DNA of 64,000 bases from NCBI GenBank assembly GCA_964016885.1, contig OZ024757.1, positions 35,216,001 through 35,280,000 of the forward strand. Direction: 5' to 3'. Under the pieces are notes generated by a model. The model did not search any database, was not told the DNA's origin, and saw nothing but the letters and a program-made list of their open reading frames with translations. Below, one piece after another: positions 51,272 through 64,000 of the stretch. The first letter of the stretch is position 1. The number at the start of each line of letters is the position of its first letter. This stretch comes from Eledone cirrhosa. Lineage: Eukaryota. The translations under genes were made by a program, and so were the position numbers.

Positions 51272-51585
51272 TCTGTCATGGACATCTCTGCCCCTGTGGC
51301 TAATAATTCTGTCATGTAATGTTATGGACAACTCTGCCCCTGTGGCTAATAATTCTGTCATGTAATGTTATGGACATCTCTGCCCCTGTGGCTAATAATT
51401 CTGACATGTAATGTTATGGAATCTCTGCCCCTGTGGCTAATAAATCTGTCATGTAATGTTACGGACATCTCTGCCCCTGTGGCTAATAAATCTGTCATGT
51501 AATGTTATGGACATCTCTGTCCCTGTGGCTAATAATTCTGACATGTAATGTTATGGACATCTCTGCCCCTGTGGCTAATAATTCT
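51272..51585 (+). repeat. 46-bp minisatellite array (about 7 units)
   Basis: Tandem units. Confidence 0.95.
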
Positions 51586-53796
51586 GAGAGAGATGAAACA
51601 AGTGAGGGATTAGAGAGAGATGAAACAAGTGAGGGATTAGAGTGTTGAAACAAGAGAGAGAGAGGAAGAGTGAGTTAGAGCGAAATCAAACGAGAGAGAG
51701 CGAGATGAAATGAGAGAGTGAGAGCGAGATGAAACGAGAGAGAGAGAGAGCGAGATGAAATGAGAGAGAGAGAGCGAGATGAAATGAGAGAGAGAGAGCG
51801 AGATGAAACGAGACAGAGAGAGCGGGATGAAACGAGAGAGAGAGAGCGAGATGAAATGAGAGAGAGAGAGCGAGATGAAATGAGAGAGAGAGAGCGAGAT
51901 GTAACGAGAGAGTGAGAGCGAGATGGAACGAGACAGAGAGAGCGAGATGAAACGAGAGTGGGAGAGCTAGATGAAACGAGAGAGAGAGGAAACGAGAGAG
52001 AGAGGAAACGAGAGAGACGAAACGAGAGAGAGGAAACGAGAGTAGAGAGCGAGATGAAACAGGAGAGAGAGAGCGAGATGAAACAGGAGAGAGAGAGCGA
52101 GATGAAACGAGAGGGAGAGAGAGATGAAACGAGAGAGCGAGAGAGAGATAGAGGGAGATGAAACGACAGAGAGAGAGACAGATGAAACGAGGGAGATAGA
52201 GATGAAATGAGAGAGAGAGATGAAACTAGAGAGAGGAAGAGAGAGATGGAACGAGAGAGAGGAAGAGAGAGATGGAACGAGAGAGAGGAAGACAGAGATG
52301 AAACGAGAGAGAGAGAGAGAGCAAGATGAAACGAGAGAGAGAGATGAAACGAGAGAGAGGAAGAGAGAGATGGAACGAGAGAGAGGAAGACAGAGATGAA
52401 ACGAGAGAGAGAGAGATTGAGATGAAACGAGAGAGTGAGAGCTAGATGAAACGAGAGAGAGAGGAAACGAGAGAGAGAGGAAACGAGAGAGAGAGGAAAC
52501 GAGAGAGAGGAAACGAGAGTAGAGAGCAAGAGGAAACAGGAGAGAGAGAGAGCGAGGTGAAACCGGAGAGAGAGAGCGAGATGAAACGAGAGGGAGGGAG
52601 AGATGAAACGAGAGAGCGAGAGAGAGATAGAGGGAGATGAAACGAGAGAGTGATAGCTAGATGAAACGAGAGTGAGAGGAATAGAGAGATGGAACGAGAG
52701 AGAGGAAGACAGATATGAAACGAGAGAGAGAGAGAGCGAGATGAAACGAGAGAGAGGAAGAGAGAGAGCGCGAGATGAAATGAGAGAGAGAGAGAGCGAG
52801 ATGAAACGAGAGAGAGGAAGAGAGAGAGCGCGAGATGAAAAGAGAGAGAGAGCGAGATGAAAAGAGAGAGAGGAAGAGAGAGAGCGCGAGATGAAACGAG
52901 AGAGAGAGAGCGAGATGAAATGAGAGAGTGAGGGTGAGATGAAACGAGAGAGAGAGAGATAGCGAGATGAAATGAGAGAGAGAGAGCGAGATGAAATGAG
53001 AGAGAGAGAGAGCGAGATGAAACGAGACAGAGAAAGCGGGATGAAACGAGACAGAGAGATCGAGAGGAAATGAGAGACAGAGAGAGCGAGATGAAACGAG
53101 AGAGTGAGAGCGGGAGGGAACGAGACAGAGAGAGCGAGATGAAACGAGAGAGTGAGGAAACGAGAGAGAGAGGAAACGAGACAGAGGAAACGAGAGAGAG
53201 GAAACGAGAGTAGAGAGCGAGATGAAACAGGAGAGAGAGAGACCGAGATAAAACAGGAGAGAGAGAGCGAGATGAAACGAGAGGGAGGGAGAGATGAAAC
53301 GAGAGAGCGAGAGAGAGATAGAGGGAGATGAAACGACAGAGAGAGAGACAGATGAAACGAGGGAGATAGATATGAAACGAGAGAGCGAGATGAAACGAGA
53401 GAGTGAGAGCGAGATGGAACGAGACAGAGAGAGCGAGATGAAACGAGAAAGAGAGAGCGAGATGTAATGAGAGAGAGAGTGGGATGGAACGAGACAGAGA
53501 GGAAACGAGAAAGAGAGGAAACGAGAGAGAGAGGAAACGAGAGAGAGGAAACGAGAGTAGAGAGCGAGATGAAACAGGAGAGAGAGAGCGTGATGAAACA
53601 GGAGAGAGAGAGCGAGATGAAACGAGAGGGAGGGAGAGATGAAACGAGAGAGGGAGAGAGAGATAGAGGGAGATGAAACGACAGAGAGAGAGACAGATGA
53701 AACGAGGGAGATAGAGATGAAACGAGAGAGGAAGAGAGAGATGGAACGAGAGAGAGGAAGAGAGAGATGAAACGAGAGAGAGGAAGACAGAGATGA

Positions 53797-53835
<39 letters not shown>

Positions 53836-53901
53836 TGAAACGAGAGAGAGGAAGAGAGAGAGCGCGAGATGAAACGAGAGAGAGAGAGCGCGAGATGAAA
53901 C

Positions 53902-54730
53902 TCTGTCATGTAATGTTATGGACATATCTGCCCTTGGGGCTAATAATTGTCATGTAATGTTATGGACGTCTCTGCCCCTGTGGCTAATAATTCTGTCATG
54001 TAATGTTATGGACATCTCTGCCCCTGTGGCTAATAATTATGTCATGTAATGTTATGGACATCTCCGCCCCTGTGGCTAATAATTCTGACATGTAATGTTA
54101 TGGACATCTCTGCCCCTCTGGCTAATAATTCTGACATGTAATGTTATGGACATCTCTGCCCCTGTGGCTAATAAATCAGAATTATTAGCCACAGGGGCAG
54201 AGATGTCCATAACATTACATGTCAGAATTATTAGCCACAGGGGCAGAGATGTCCATAACATTACATGTCAGAATTATTAGCCACAGGGGCAGAGATGTCC
54301 ATAACATTACATGTCAGAATTATTAGCCAGAGGGGCAGAGATGTCCATAACATTACATGTCAGAATTATTAGCCACAGGGGCAGAGATGTCCATAACATT
54401 ACATGTCAGAATTATTAGCCACAGGGGCAGAGATGTCCATAACATTACATGTCAGAATTATTAGCCAGAGGGGCAGAGATGTCCATAACATTACATGTCA
54501 GAATTATTAGCCACAGGGGCAGAGATGTCCATAACATTACATGACAGATTTATTAGCCACAGGGGCAGAGATGTCCATAACACTACATGTCGGAATTATT
54601 AGCCACAGGGGCAGAGATGTCCATAACATTACATTACATAATTATTAGCCACAGGGGCAGAGATGTCCATAACATTACATGACAATTATTAGCCGCAAGG
54701 GCAGATATGTCCATAACATTACATGACAGA
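53902..54730. repeat. Palindromic 46-bp minisatellite array, inversion centre at 54178 (about 6 + 12 units)
   Basis: Identical centre sequence. Mirror ORFs at 54076-54261 and 54095-54280. Confidence 0.95.
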
Positions 54731-55554
54731 CTTTCATCTCGCGCTCTCTCTCTCTCTCGTTTCATCTCGCGCTCTCTCTCTTCCTCTCTCTCGTTTCACC
54801 TCGCTCTCTCTCTCTCGTTTCATCTCGCGTTAACTCTCTTCCTCTCTCTCGTTTCATCTCGCTCTCTCTCTCTCGTTTCATCTCTGTCTTCCTCTCTCTC
54901 GTTCCATCTCTCTCTTCCTCTCTCTCGTTTCATCTCTCTCTCTCGTTTCATCTCTATCTCCCTCGTTTCATCTGTCTCTCTCTCTGTCGTTTCATCTCCC
55001 TCTAACTCTCTCTCGCTCTCTCGTTTCATCTCTCTCTCCCTCTCGTTTCATCTCGCTCTCTCTCTCCTGTTTCATCTCGCTCTCTCTCTCCTGTTTCATC
55101 TCGCTCTCTCTCTCCTGTTTCATCTCGCTCTCTACTCTCGTTTCCTCTCTCTCATATCCTCTCTCTCGTTTCCTCTCTCTCTCGTTTCCTCTAGCTCTCA
55201 CTCTCTCGTTTCATCTCGCTCTCTCTCTCTCATTTCATCTCGCTCTCTCTCTCTCATTTCATCTCGCTCTCTCTGTCTCGTTTCATTTCGCTCTCTCTCT
55301 CTCTCATTTCATCTCGCTATCTCTATCTCGTTTCATCCCGCTCTCTCTGTCTCGTTTCATCTCGCTCTCTCTCTCTCATTTCATCTCGCTCTCTCTCTCT
55401 CATTTCATCTCGCTCTCTCTCTCTCTCGTTTCATCTCGCTCTCACTCTCTCATTTCATCTCGCTCTCTCTCTCTCGTTTGATCTCGCTCTCACTCTATCT
55501 TCCTCTCTCTCTCTTGTTTCAACACTCTAATCCCTCACTTGTTTCATCTCTCTC

Positions 55555-55875
55555 AGATTTATTAGCCACAGGGGCAGAGATGTCCATAACATTACATGAC
55601 GAATTTATTAGCCACAGGGGCAGAGATGTCCATAACATTACATGACAGAATTATTAGCCACAGGGGCAGAGATGTCCATAACATTACATGACATAATTAT
55701 TAGCCACAGGGGCAGAGATGTCCATAACATTACATGACAGAATTATTAGCCAGAGGGGCAGAGATGTACATAACATTACATGACAATTATTAGCCCCAAG
55801 GGCAGATATGTCCATAACATTACATGACAATTATTAGCCCCAAGGGCAGATATGTCCATAACATTACATGACAGA
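55555..55875 (-). repeat. 46-bp minisatellite array (about 7 units)
   Basis: Tandem reverse-complement units. Confidence 0.95.
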
Positions 55876-57295
55876 CTTTCATCTCGCGCTCCCTCTCTCT
55901 CGTTTCATCTCGCCCTCTCTCTCTTCCTCTCTCTCGTTTCATCTCGCTCTCTCTCTCTCTCGTTTCATCTCGCGCTCTCTCTCTTCCTCTCTCTCGTTTC
56001 ATCTCGCTCTCTCTCTCTCTCGTTTCATCTTTGTCTTCCTCTCTCTCGTTCCATTTCTCTCTTCCTCTCTCTCTCGTTCCATCTCTCTCTCGTTTCATCT
56101 AGCTCTCACTCTCTCGTTTCATCTCGCTCTCTCGTTTCATCTCTATCTCCCTCGTTTCATCTGTCTCCCTCTCTGTCGTTTCATCTCCCTCTATCTCTCT
56201 CTCGCTCTCTCGTTTCATCTCTCCCTCCCTCTCATTTCATCTCGCTCTCTCACTCCTGTTTCATCTCGCTCTCTCTCTCCTGTTTCATCTCGCTCTCTAC
56301 TCTCGTTCTATCTCTCTCTCGTTTCATCTAGCTCACACTCTCTCGTTTCATCTCGCTCTCTCTGTCTCGTTCCATCTCGCTCTTTCTGTCTCGTTTCATC
56401 TCGCTCTCTCTCTCTCATTTCATCTCGCTCTCTCTCTCTCATTTCATCTCGCTCACTCTCTCTCTCTCGTTTCATCTCACTCTCACTCTCTCATTTCATC
56501 TCGCTCTCTCTCTCTCTCTCGTTTCATCTCACGCTCTCTCTCTTCCTCTCTCTCGTTTCATCTCGCTCTCTCTCTCTCTCTTGTTTCATCACGCGCTCTC
56601 TCTCTGCCTCTCTCTCTTTTCATCTCTCTCTCTCTCTCTCTCGTTTCATCTCTGTCTTCCTCTCTCTCGTTCCATCTCTCTCTTCCTCTCTCTCGTTCCA
56701 TCTCGCTCTTCCTCTCTCTCGTTTCATCTCTCTCTCTCGTTTCATCTGTCTCTCTCTCTGTCGTTTCATCTCCCTCTATCTCTCTCTCGCTCTCTCGTTT
56801 CATCTCTCTCTCCCTCTCGTTTCATCTCGCTCTCTCTCTCCTGTTTCATCTCGCTCTCTCTCTCTCCTGTTTCATCTCGCTCTCTACTCTCGTTTCCTCT
56901 CTCTCGTTTCCTCTCTCTCTCGTTTCATGTAGCTCTCATTCTCTCGTTTCATCTCGCTCTCTCTCTCTCATTTCATCTCGCTCTCTCTCTCTCTCGTTTC
57001 ATCTCGCTCTCTCTGTCTCGTTTCATCTCGCTCTCTCTGTCTCTCATTTCATCTCGCTCTCTCTGTCTCGTTTCATGTCGCTCTCTCTCTCTCATTTCAT
57101 CTCACTCTCTCTCTCTCATTTCATCTCGCCCTCTCTCTCTCGTTTCATCTCGGTCCCACTCTCTCATTTCATCTCGCTCTCTCTCTCTCGTTTGATCTCG
57201 CTCTCACTCTCTCTTCCTCTTTCTCTCTTGTTTCAACACTTTAATCCCTCACTTGTTTCATCTCTCTCTAATCCCTCACTTGTTTCATCTCTCTC

Positions 57296-57664
57296 AGAAT
57301 TATTAGCCACAGGGGCAGAGATGTCCATAACTTTACATGTCAGAATTATTAGCCACAGGGGCAGAGATGTCCATAACATTACATGTCAGAATTATTAGCC
57401 ACAGGGGCAGAGATGTCCATAACATTACATGACAGATTTATTAGCCACAGGGGCAGAGATGTCCATAACATTACATGACGAATTTATTAGCCACAGGGGC
57501 AGAGATGTCCATAATATTACATGACAGAATTATTAGCCACAGGGGCAGAGATGGCCATAACATTACATGACAGAATTATTAGCCACAGGGGCAGAGATGT
57601 CCATAACATTACATGACAATTATTAGCCCCTAGGGCAGATATGTCCATAACATTACTTGACAGA
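57296..57664 (-). repeat. 46-bp minisatellite array (about 8 units)
   Basis: Tandem reverse-complement units. Confidence 0.95.
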
Positions 57665-58441
57665 CTTTCATCTGGCGCTCTCTCGTTTCATCTCTTCCTC
57701 TCTCTCGTTTCATCTCACTCTCTCTCTCTCTCGTTTCACCTCGCACTCTCTCTCTTCCTCTCTCTCGTTTTATCTTGCCCTCTCTCTCTCTCGTTTCATC
57801 TCTGTCTTCCTCTCTCTCGTTCCAACTCTCTCTTCCTCTCTCTCGTTTCATCTCTCTCTCTCGTTTCATCTCTATCTCCCTCGTTTCATCTGTCTCTCTC
57901 TCTGTCGTTTCGTCTCCCTCTATCTCTCTCTCGCTCTCTCGTTTCATCCCTCTCTCCCTCTCGTTTCATCTCGCTCTCTCTCTCCTGTTTCATCTCGCTC
58001 TCTCTCTCTCCTGTTTCATCTCGCTCTCTACTCTCGTTTCCTCTCTCTCGTATCCTCTCTCTCGTTTCCTCTCTCTCTCGTTTCCTCTCTCTCTCGTTTC
58101 CTCTAGCTCTCACTCTCTCGTTTCATCTCGCTCTCTCTCTCTCATTTCATCTCGCTCTCTCTCTCTCGTTTCATCTCGCTCTCTCTGTCTCGTTTCATTT
58201 CGCTCTCTCTCTCTCTCATTTCATCTCGCTCTCTCTGTCTCGTTTCATCCCGCTCTCTCTGTCTCGTTTCATCTCGCTCTCTCTCTCTCATTTCATCTCG
58301 CTCTCTCTCTCTCATTTCATCTCGCTCTCTCTCTCGTTTGATCTCGCTCTCACTCTCTCTTCCTCTCTCTCTCTTGTTTCAACACTCTAATCCCTCACTT
58401 GTTTCATCTCTCTCTTATCCCTCACTTGTTTCATCTCTCTC

Positions 58442-58716
58442 AGAATTATTAGCCACAGGGGCAGAGATGTCCATAACATTACATGACAGAATTATTAGCC
58501 ACAGGGGCAGAGATGTCCATAACATTACATGACATAATTATTAGCCACAGGGGCAGAGATGTCCATAACATTACATGACAGAATTATTAGCCACAGGGGC
58601 AGAGATGTACATAACATTACATGACAATTATTAGCCCCAAGGGCAGATATGTCCATAACATTACATGACAATTATTAGCCCCAAGGGCAGATATGTCCAT
58701 AACATTACATGACAGA
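58442..58716 (-). repeat. 46-bp minisatellite array (about 6 units)
   Basis: Tandem reverse-complement units. Confidence 0.95.
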
Positions 58717-60114
58717 CTTTCATCTCGCGCTCTCGCTCTCTCGTTTCATCTCGCCCTCTCTCTCTTCCTCTCTCTCGTTTCATCTCGCTCTCTCTCTCTC
58801 TCGTTTCATCTCGCGCTCTCTCTTTTCCTCTCTCTCGTTTCATCTCGCTCTCTCTCTCTCTCTCGTTTCATCTTTGTCTTCCTCTCTCTCGTTCCATTTC
58901 TCTCTTCCTCTCTCTCTCGTTCCATCTCTCTCTCGTTTCATCTCGCTCTCTCACTCCTGTTTCATCTCGCTCTCTCTCTCCTGTTTCATCTCGCTCTCTA
59001 CTCTCGTTCCATCTCTCTCTCGTTTCATCTAGCTCACACTCTCTCGTTTCATCTCGCTCTCTCTGTCTCGTTCCATCTCGCTCTCACTCTCTCGTTTCAT
59101 CTCGCTCTCTCTGTCTCTCATTTCATCTCGATCTCTCTGTCTCGTTTCATCCCGCTCTTTCTGTCTCTTTTCATCTCGCTCTCTCTCTCTCATTTCATCT
59201 CGCTCTCTCTCTCTCGTTTCATCTCTCTTTCACTCTATCATTTCACCTCGCGCTCTCTCTCTCTCGTTTCATCTCGCGCTCTCTCTCTCTTCCTCTCTCT
59301 CGTTTCATCTCGCTCTCTCTCTCTCTCTCGTTTCATCACGCGCTCTCTCTCTTCCTCTCTCTCGTTTCATCTCGATCTCTCTCTCTGTCGTTTCATCTCT
59401 GTCTTCCTCTCTCTCGTTCCATCTCTCTCTTCCTCTCTCTCGTTCCATCTCTCTCTTCCTCTCTCTCTTTTCATCTCTCTCTCTCGTTTCATCTCTATCT
59501 CCCTCGTTTCATCTGTCTCTCTCTCTGTCGTTTCATCTCCCTCTATCTCTCTCTCGCTCTCTCGTTTCATCTCTCTCTCCCTCTCGTTTCATCTCGCACT
59601 CTCTCTCCTGTTTCATCTCGCTCTCTCTCTCTCCTGTTTCATCTCGCTCTCTACTCTCGTTTCCTCTCTCTCGTTTCCTCTCTCTCGTTTCCTCTCTCTC
59701 TCGTTTCCTCTCTCTCTCGTTTCATGTAGCTCTCACTCTCTCGTTTCATCTCGCTCTCTCTCTCTCATTTTATCTCGCTCTCTCTCTCTCATTTCATCTC
59801 GCTGTCTCTGTCTCGTTTCGTCTCGCTCTCTCTGTCTCTCATTTCATCTCGCTCTCTCTGTCTCGTTTCATCCCGCTCTCTCTGTCTCGTTTCCTCTCGC
59901 TCTCTCTCTCTCATTTCATCTCACTCTCTCTCTCTCATTTCATCTCGCTCTCTCTCTCTCGTTTCATCTCGCTCTCACTCTCTCATTTCATCTCGCTCTC
60001 TCTCTCTCGTTTGATCTCGCTCTCACTCTCTCTTCCTCTCTCTCTCTTGTTTCAACACTTTAATCCCTCACTTGTTTCATCTCTCTCTAATCCCTCACTT
60101 GTTTCATCTCTCTC

Positions 60115-60439
60115 AGAATTATTAGCCACAGGGGCAGAGATGTCCATAACGTTACATGTCAGAATTATTAGCCACAGGGGCAGAGATGTCCATAACATTA
60201 CATGTCAGAATTATTAGCCACAGGGGCAGAGATGTCCATAACATTACATGACAGATTTATTAGCCACAGGGGCAGAGATGTCCATAACATTACATGACGA
60301 ATTTATTAGCCACAGGGGCAGAGATGTCCATAACATTACATGACAGAATTATTAGCCACAGGGGCAGAGATGGCCATAACATTACATGACAGAATTATTA
60401 GCCACAGGGGCAGATATGTCCATAACATTACATGACAGA
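60115..60439 (-). repeat. 46-bp minisatellite array (about 7 units)
   Basis: Tandem reverse-complement units. Confidence 0.95.
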
Positions 60440-61103
60440 CTTTCATCTCGCGCTCTCTCGTTTCATCTCGCTCTCTCTCTCTCTTCCTCTCTCTCGTTTC
60501 ATCTCACTCTCTCTCTTTCTCGTTTCATCTCGCACTCTCTCTCTTCCTCTCTCTCGTTTTATCTTGCTCTCTCTCTCTCTCGTTTCATCTCTGTCTTCCT
60601 CTCTCTCGTTCCATCTCTCTCTTCCTCTCTCTCGTTTCATCTCTCTCTCTCGTTTCAACTCTATCTCCCTCGTTTCATCTGTCTCTCTCTCTGTCGTTTC
60701 ATCTCCCTCTATCTCTCTCTCGCTCTCTCGTTTCATCTCTCTCTCCCTCTCGTTTCATCTCGCTCTCTCTCTCCTGTTTCATCTCGCTCTCTACTCTCGT
60801 TTCCTCTCTCTCGTATCCTCTCTCTCGTTTCCTCTCTCTCTCGTTTCCTCTCTCTCTCGTTTCCTCTAGCTCTCTCTGTCTCGTTTCATCCCGCTCTCTC
60901 TGTCTCGTTTCATCTCGCTCTCTCTCTCTCATTTCATCTCGCTCTCTCTCTCTCATTTCATCTCGCTCTCTCTCTCTCGTTTCATCTCGCTCTCACTCTC
61001 TCATTTCATCTCGCTCTCTCTCTCTCTCGTTTGATCTTGCTCTCACTCTCTTTTCCTCTCTCTTGTTTCAACACTCTAATCCCTCACTTGTTTCATCTCT
61101 CTC

Positions 61104-61472
61104 AGAATTATTAGCCACAGGGGCAGAGATGTCCATAACATTACATGTCAGAATTATTAGCCACAGGGGCAGAGATGTCCATAACATTACATGACAGTTT
61201 TATTAGCCACAGGGGCAGAGATGTCCATAACATTACATGACGAATTTATTAGCCACAGGGGCAGAGATGTCCATAACATTACATGACAGAATTATTAGCC
61301 ACAGGGGCAGAGATGTCCATAACATTACATGACATAATTATTAGCCACAGGGGCAGAGATGTCCATAACATTACATGACAGAATTATTAGCCACAGGGGC
61401 AGATATGTGCATAACATTACATGACAATTATTAGCCCCAAGGGCAGATATGTCCATAACATTACATGACAGA
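61104..61472 (-). repeat. 46-bp minisatellite array (about 8 units)
   Basis: Tandem reverse-complement units. Confidence 0.95.
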
Positions 61473-62610
61473 CTTACATCTCACGCTCTCTCTCTCTCGT
61501 TTCATCTCGCGCTCTCTCTCTTCCTCTCTCTCGTTTCATCTCGCTCTCTCTCTCTCTCTCTCTTGTTTCATCTCGCGCTCTCTCTCTTCTTCTCTCTCGT
61601 TTCATCTCGCTCTCTCTCTCTCTCGTTTCAACTTTGTCTTCCTCTCTCTCGTTCCATCTCTCTCTTCCTCTCTCTCTCGTTCCCTCTCTCTCTCGTTTCA
61701 TCTAGCTCTCACTCTCTCGTTTCATCTCGCTCTCTCTGTCTCGTTCCATCTCGCTCTCTCTCTCTCGTTTCATCTCTATCTCCCTCGTTTCATCTGTCAC
61801 TCTCTCTGTCATTTCATCTCCCTCTATCTCTCTCTCGCTCTCCCGTTTCATCTCTACCAGCCTCTCGTTTCATCTCGCTCTCTCACTCCTGTTTCATCTC
61901 ACTCTCTCTCTCCTGTTTAATCTCGCTCTCTACTCTCGTTCCATCTCTCTCTCGTTTCATCTAGCTCTCACTCTCTCGTTTCATCTCGCTCTCTCTGTCT
62001 CTCATTTCATCTCGATCTCTCTGTCTCGTTTCATCCCGCTCTCTCTCTCTCGTTTCATCTCACTCTCACTCTCTCATTTCATCTCGCTCTCTCTCTCTCG
62101 TTTCATCTCGCGCTCTCTCTCTTCCTCTCTCTCGTTTCATCTCGCTCTCTCTCTCTCTCTCGTTTCATCACGCGTACTCTCTCTTCCTCTCTCTCGTTTC
62201 ATCTCTCTCTCTCGTTTCATCTCTATCTCCCTCGTTTCATCTCTCTCTCTCTCTGTCGTTTCATCTCCCTCTATCTCTCTCTCGCTCTCTCGTTTCCTCT
62301 CTCTCTCCCTCTCGTTTCAACTCGCTCTCTCTCTCCTGTATCATCTCGCTCTCTCTCTCTCCTGTTTCATCTCGCTCTCTACTCTCGTTTCCTCTCTCTC
62401 GTTTCCTCTCTCTCGTTTCCTCTCTCTCTCGTTTCCTCTCTCTCTCGTTTCATTTAGCTCTCACTCTCTCGTTTTATCTCGCTCTCTCTCTCTCATTTCA
62501 TCTCGCTCTCTCTCTCTCGTTTCCATAGAAAAGGTAAAGAAAAGAAGAATGCTCTATGTATTGTACAGAGCTATTTAATTACATAATAAACAACAGAATA
62601 TAATTATTCC

Positions 62611-63378
62611 ATGCAAATAGACTTAGAATGGAAAACATTCAGACAGAGAAGAATGGATAATGAGCGTCGTAAGAGAAATTGGCCAACAATTAATATTAAT
62701 GGAAATGTAGAAGAATTTCATATTAGTGATATGAATGTTTCGTGTGATCACTGTGGAGCTTTGAAATTTAGAAATGAAAATTGTAACTGTTGTAATAAAG
62801 GAAAGGTTGTGTTGCCACCATTGCAAATATACCCTGAGAGACTGAGAAATCTCTTTGAAAGAGGCCAGGAAGCAGTTGATTTCACAGAAACATCTGCAAT
62901 TAAAACTACATTTATTTCACTTCATTTGGTGTTACCACCCGGCAGAGGCCCGTATAGCTTTCATATTCAGAGTCAAACATATCACTACACCCCCATCTCT
63001 GTAACCTGCAGAAAATACACCACAATATGGCCAGTTATATATTATTGATGGGAACGAAGGTATGTAGCACAGATTGGAAGTACAACCAAATAATTGTTTC
63101 TGGCACAAGGCCAGCAATTACTGGTACTTTATTCTATCGACCTCATAAGGATGAAAACAAAGTCAACCTTGGAGGGATTTGAACCCAGAACGTAAATGGC
63201 CATAACCCTATGCTGTAAAGCGTGGTGTCTGGCGCTCTACCGATACTGCCAATCCACTGCCCTAGTACCAACAAATAATGACTGCTCACCACAAAAAATG
63301 GCTATGATAAGAGAAGTGTTGCATGAATGTAATCCATATGTCGAAGTGTACAATACAATGCATGGCATCACAAATGAA
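62611..63378 (+). pseudogene. Decayed Helitron RepHel N-terminal fragment, copy 3
   Basis: Near-identical to 12663-13430 with the same lesions. Confidence 0.85.
63095..63263 (-). mobile_element. tRNA-derived SINE, copy in island 3
   Basis: Same as 13147-13315 except A>G at 63222. Confidence 0.85.
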
Positions 63379-63402
63379 TATATATATATATATATATATA
63401 TA
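63379..63402. repeat. (TA)12 microsatellite
   Basis: Read directly from the sequence. Confidence 0.95.
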
Positions 63403-63938
63403 CTACTAAAGTGTATGTAAAATTTTAAAATAAATACTTAAATTCAATTTGTATAATTACACATACAATATGTTTTGTTGTAAAACCCTAAATAATGATT
63501 TAAGAAATGATGTCAATCTCTTTGTACAGAGAAAAACAATTTATATATATGCATTGTGTGCGCGTGTATACTCCATTTAAGACAGTGAAAAACCTAGTAC
63601 CTCCTTCAAAGAATGCCAAATAGTTTATGCCTAAGGTGTAACACTAATTAAGTTACCGGTGTAGATATTTCAGTTGAACCCTGCTTCAAACATGCATATT
63701 ATTATTATATATTTTCAAACACACTTACATACATTATATTTATACACATAGAAATAATAAGTTAAAACTAAAGTATAATGATATAACAACAGTATATAAT
63801 AGTTTTCTTCACTTTATTGAGATGCAATCGTTTTAAAGAAAAAACATGACAGTATAAGAAATATTTAATATGAGAACATAATATTTCAGGTAGGATGGTG
63901 GTTTCTCTATGATGGTGGTTTCTCTTTGAACTAATAAT

Positions 63939-64000
63939 TGTTTCTATTTTAGGCACAAGGTCAGTAATTAACCAGTACATTACTGGTACTTTATTTTATC
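63939..64000 (-). mobile_element. Second SINE, copy in island 3 (cut by window end)
   Basis: Same as the start of 13993-14160. Confidence 0.75.

Larger units (their letters stand above)
37239..54177 (+). repeat. Composite satellite arm, GA on top strand, copy 3
   Basis: Eight modules. Four consecutive arrays share the diagnostic start GAAAGTCT...GTCATTTAATG. Confidence 0.95.
35171..62523 (+). repeat. Macrosatellite unit, complete copy (27,353 bp)
   Basis: Same architecture and junctions as the previous unit. It is longer because of internal module amplification at about 39.8-46.4 kb. Confidence 0.93.
54179..62523 (-). repeat. Composite satellite arm, inverted, copy 3
   Basis: Six CT tracts separated by 46-bp arrays. 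Confidence 0.95.

Noticed and set aside
49006-51315. Long Ser/Leu/Phe/His-rich ORFs (up to 769 aa) and Arg/Glu-rich ORFs throughout the window
   Set aside because: The CT-rich strand almost lacks stop codons, all three frames are open, and 2-bp slippage changes the frame between copies. These are repeat artefacts, not genes.

Overview
This is eukaryotic, almost entirely repetitive DNA with no intact gene. The SINE fragments resemble, from memory, those abundant in octopod cephalopod genomes, so that host is an unverified inference. The window is a nested satellite with several levels of repetition. (1) A (GA)n background is punctuated about every 16-26 bp by GATGAAAC and its variants. (2) These words follow a fixed order within sub-blocks of about 0.5-0.7 kb. 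(3) Modules of about 1-2.7 kb consist of a fixed cap with a 27-bp doublet, a GA tract and an array of a 46-bp minisatellite (GTCATGTAATGTTATGGACATCTCTGCCCCTGTGGCTAATAATTCT). There are 32 such arrays plus one orphan unit. (4) Modules chain into arms of 6-17 kb that flip strand at three identical, essentially spacerless palindrome centres (6111, 25419, 54178). (5) The whole unit [unique island, GA arm, palindrome centre, CT arm] repeats head to tail with island spacings of 22,595 and 27,353 bp. Each island of about 1.8 kb (starting at 12576, 35171 and 62524, near-identical and co-oriented) carries a decayed N-terminal Helitron RepHel fragment. That fragment is interrupted by a tRNA-derived SINE with a 16-bp target-site duplication and is followed by a second SINE lacking its B box. 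Almost all ORFs in the track are low-complexity artefacts.
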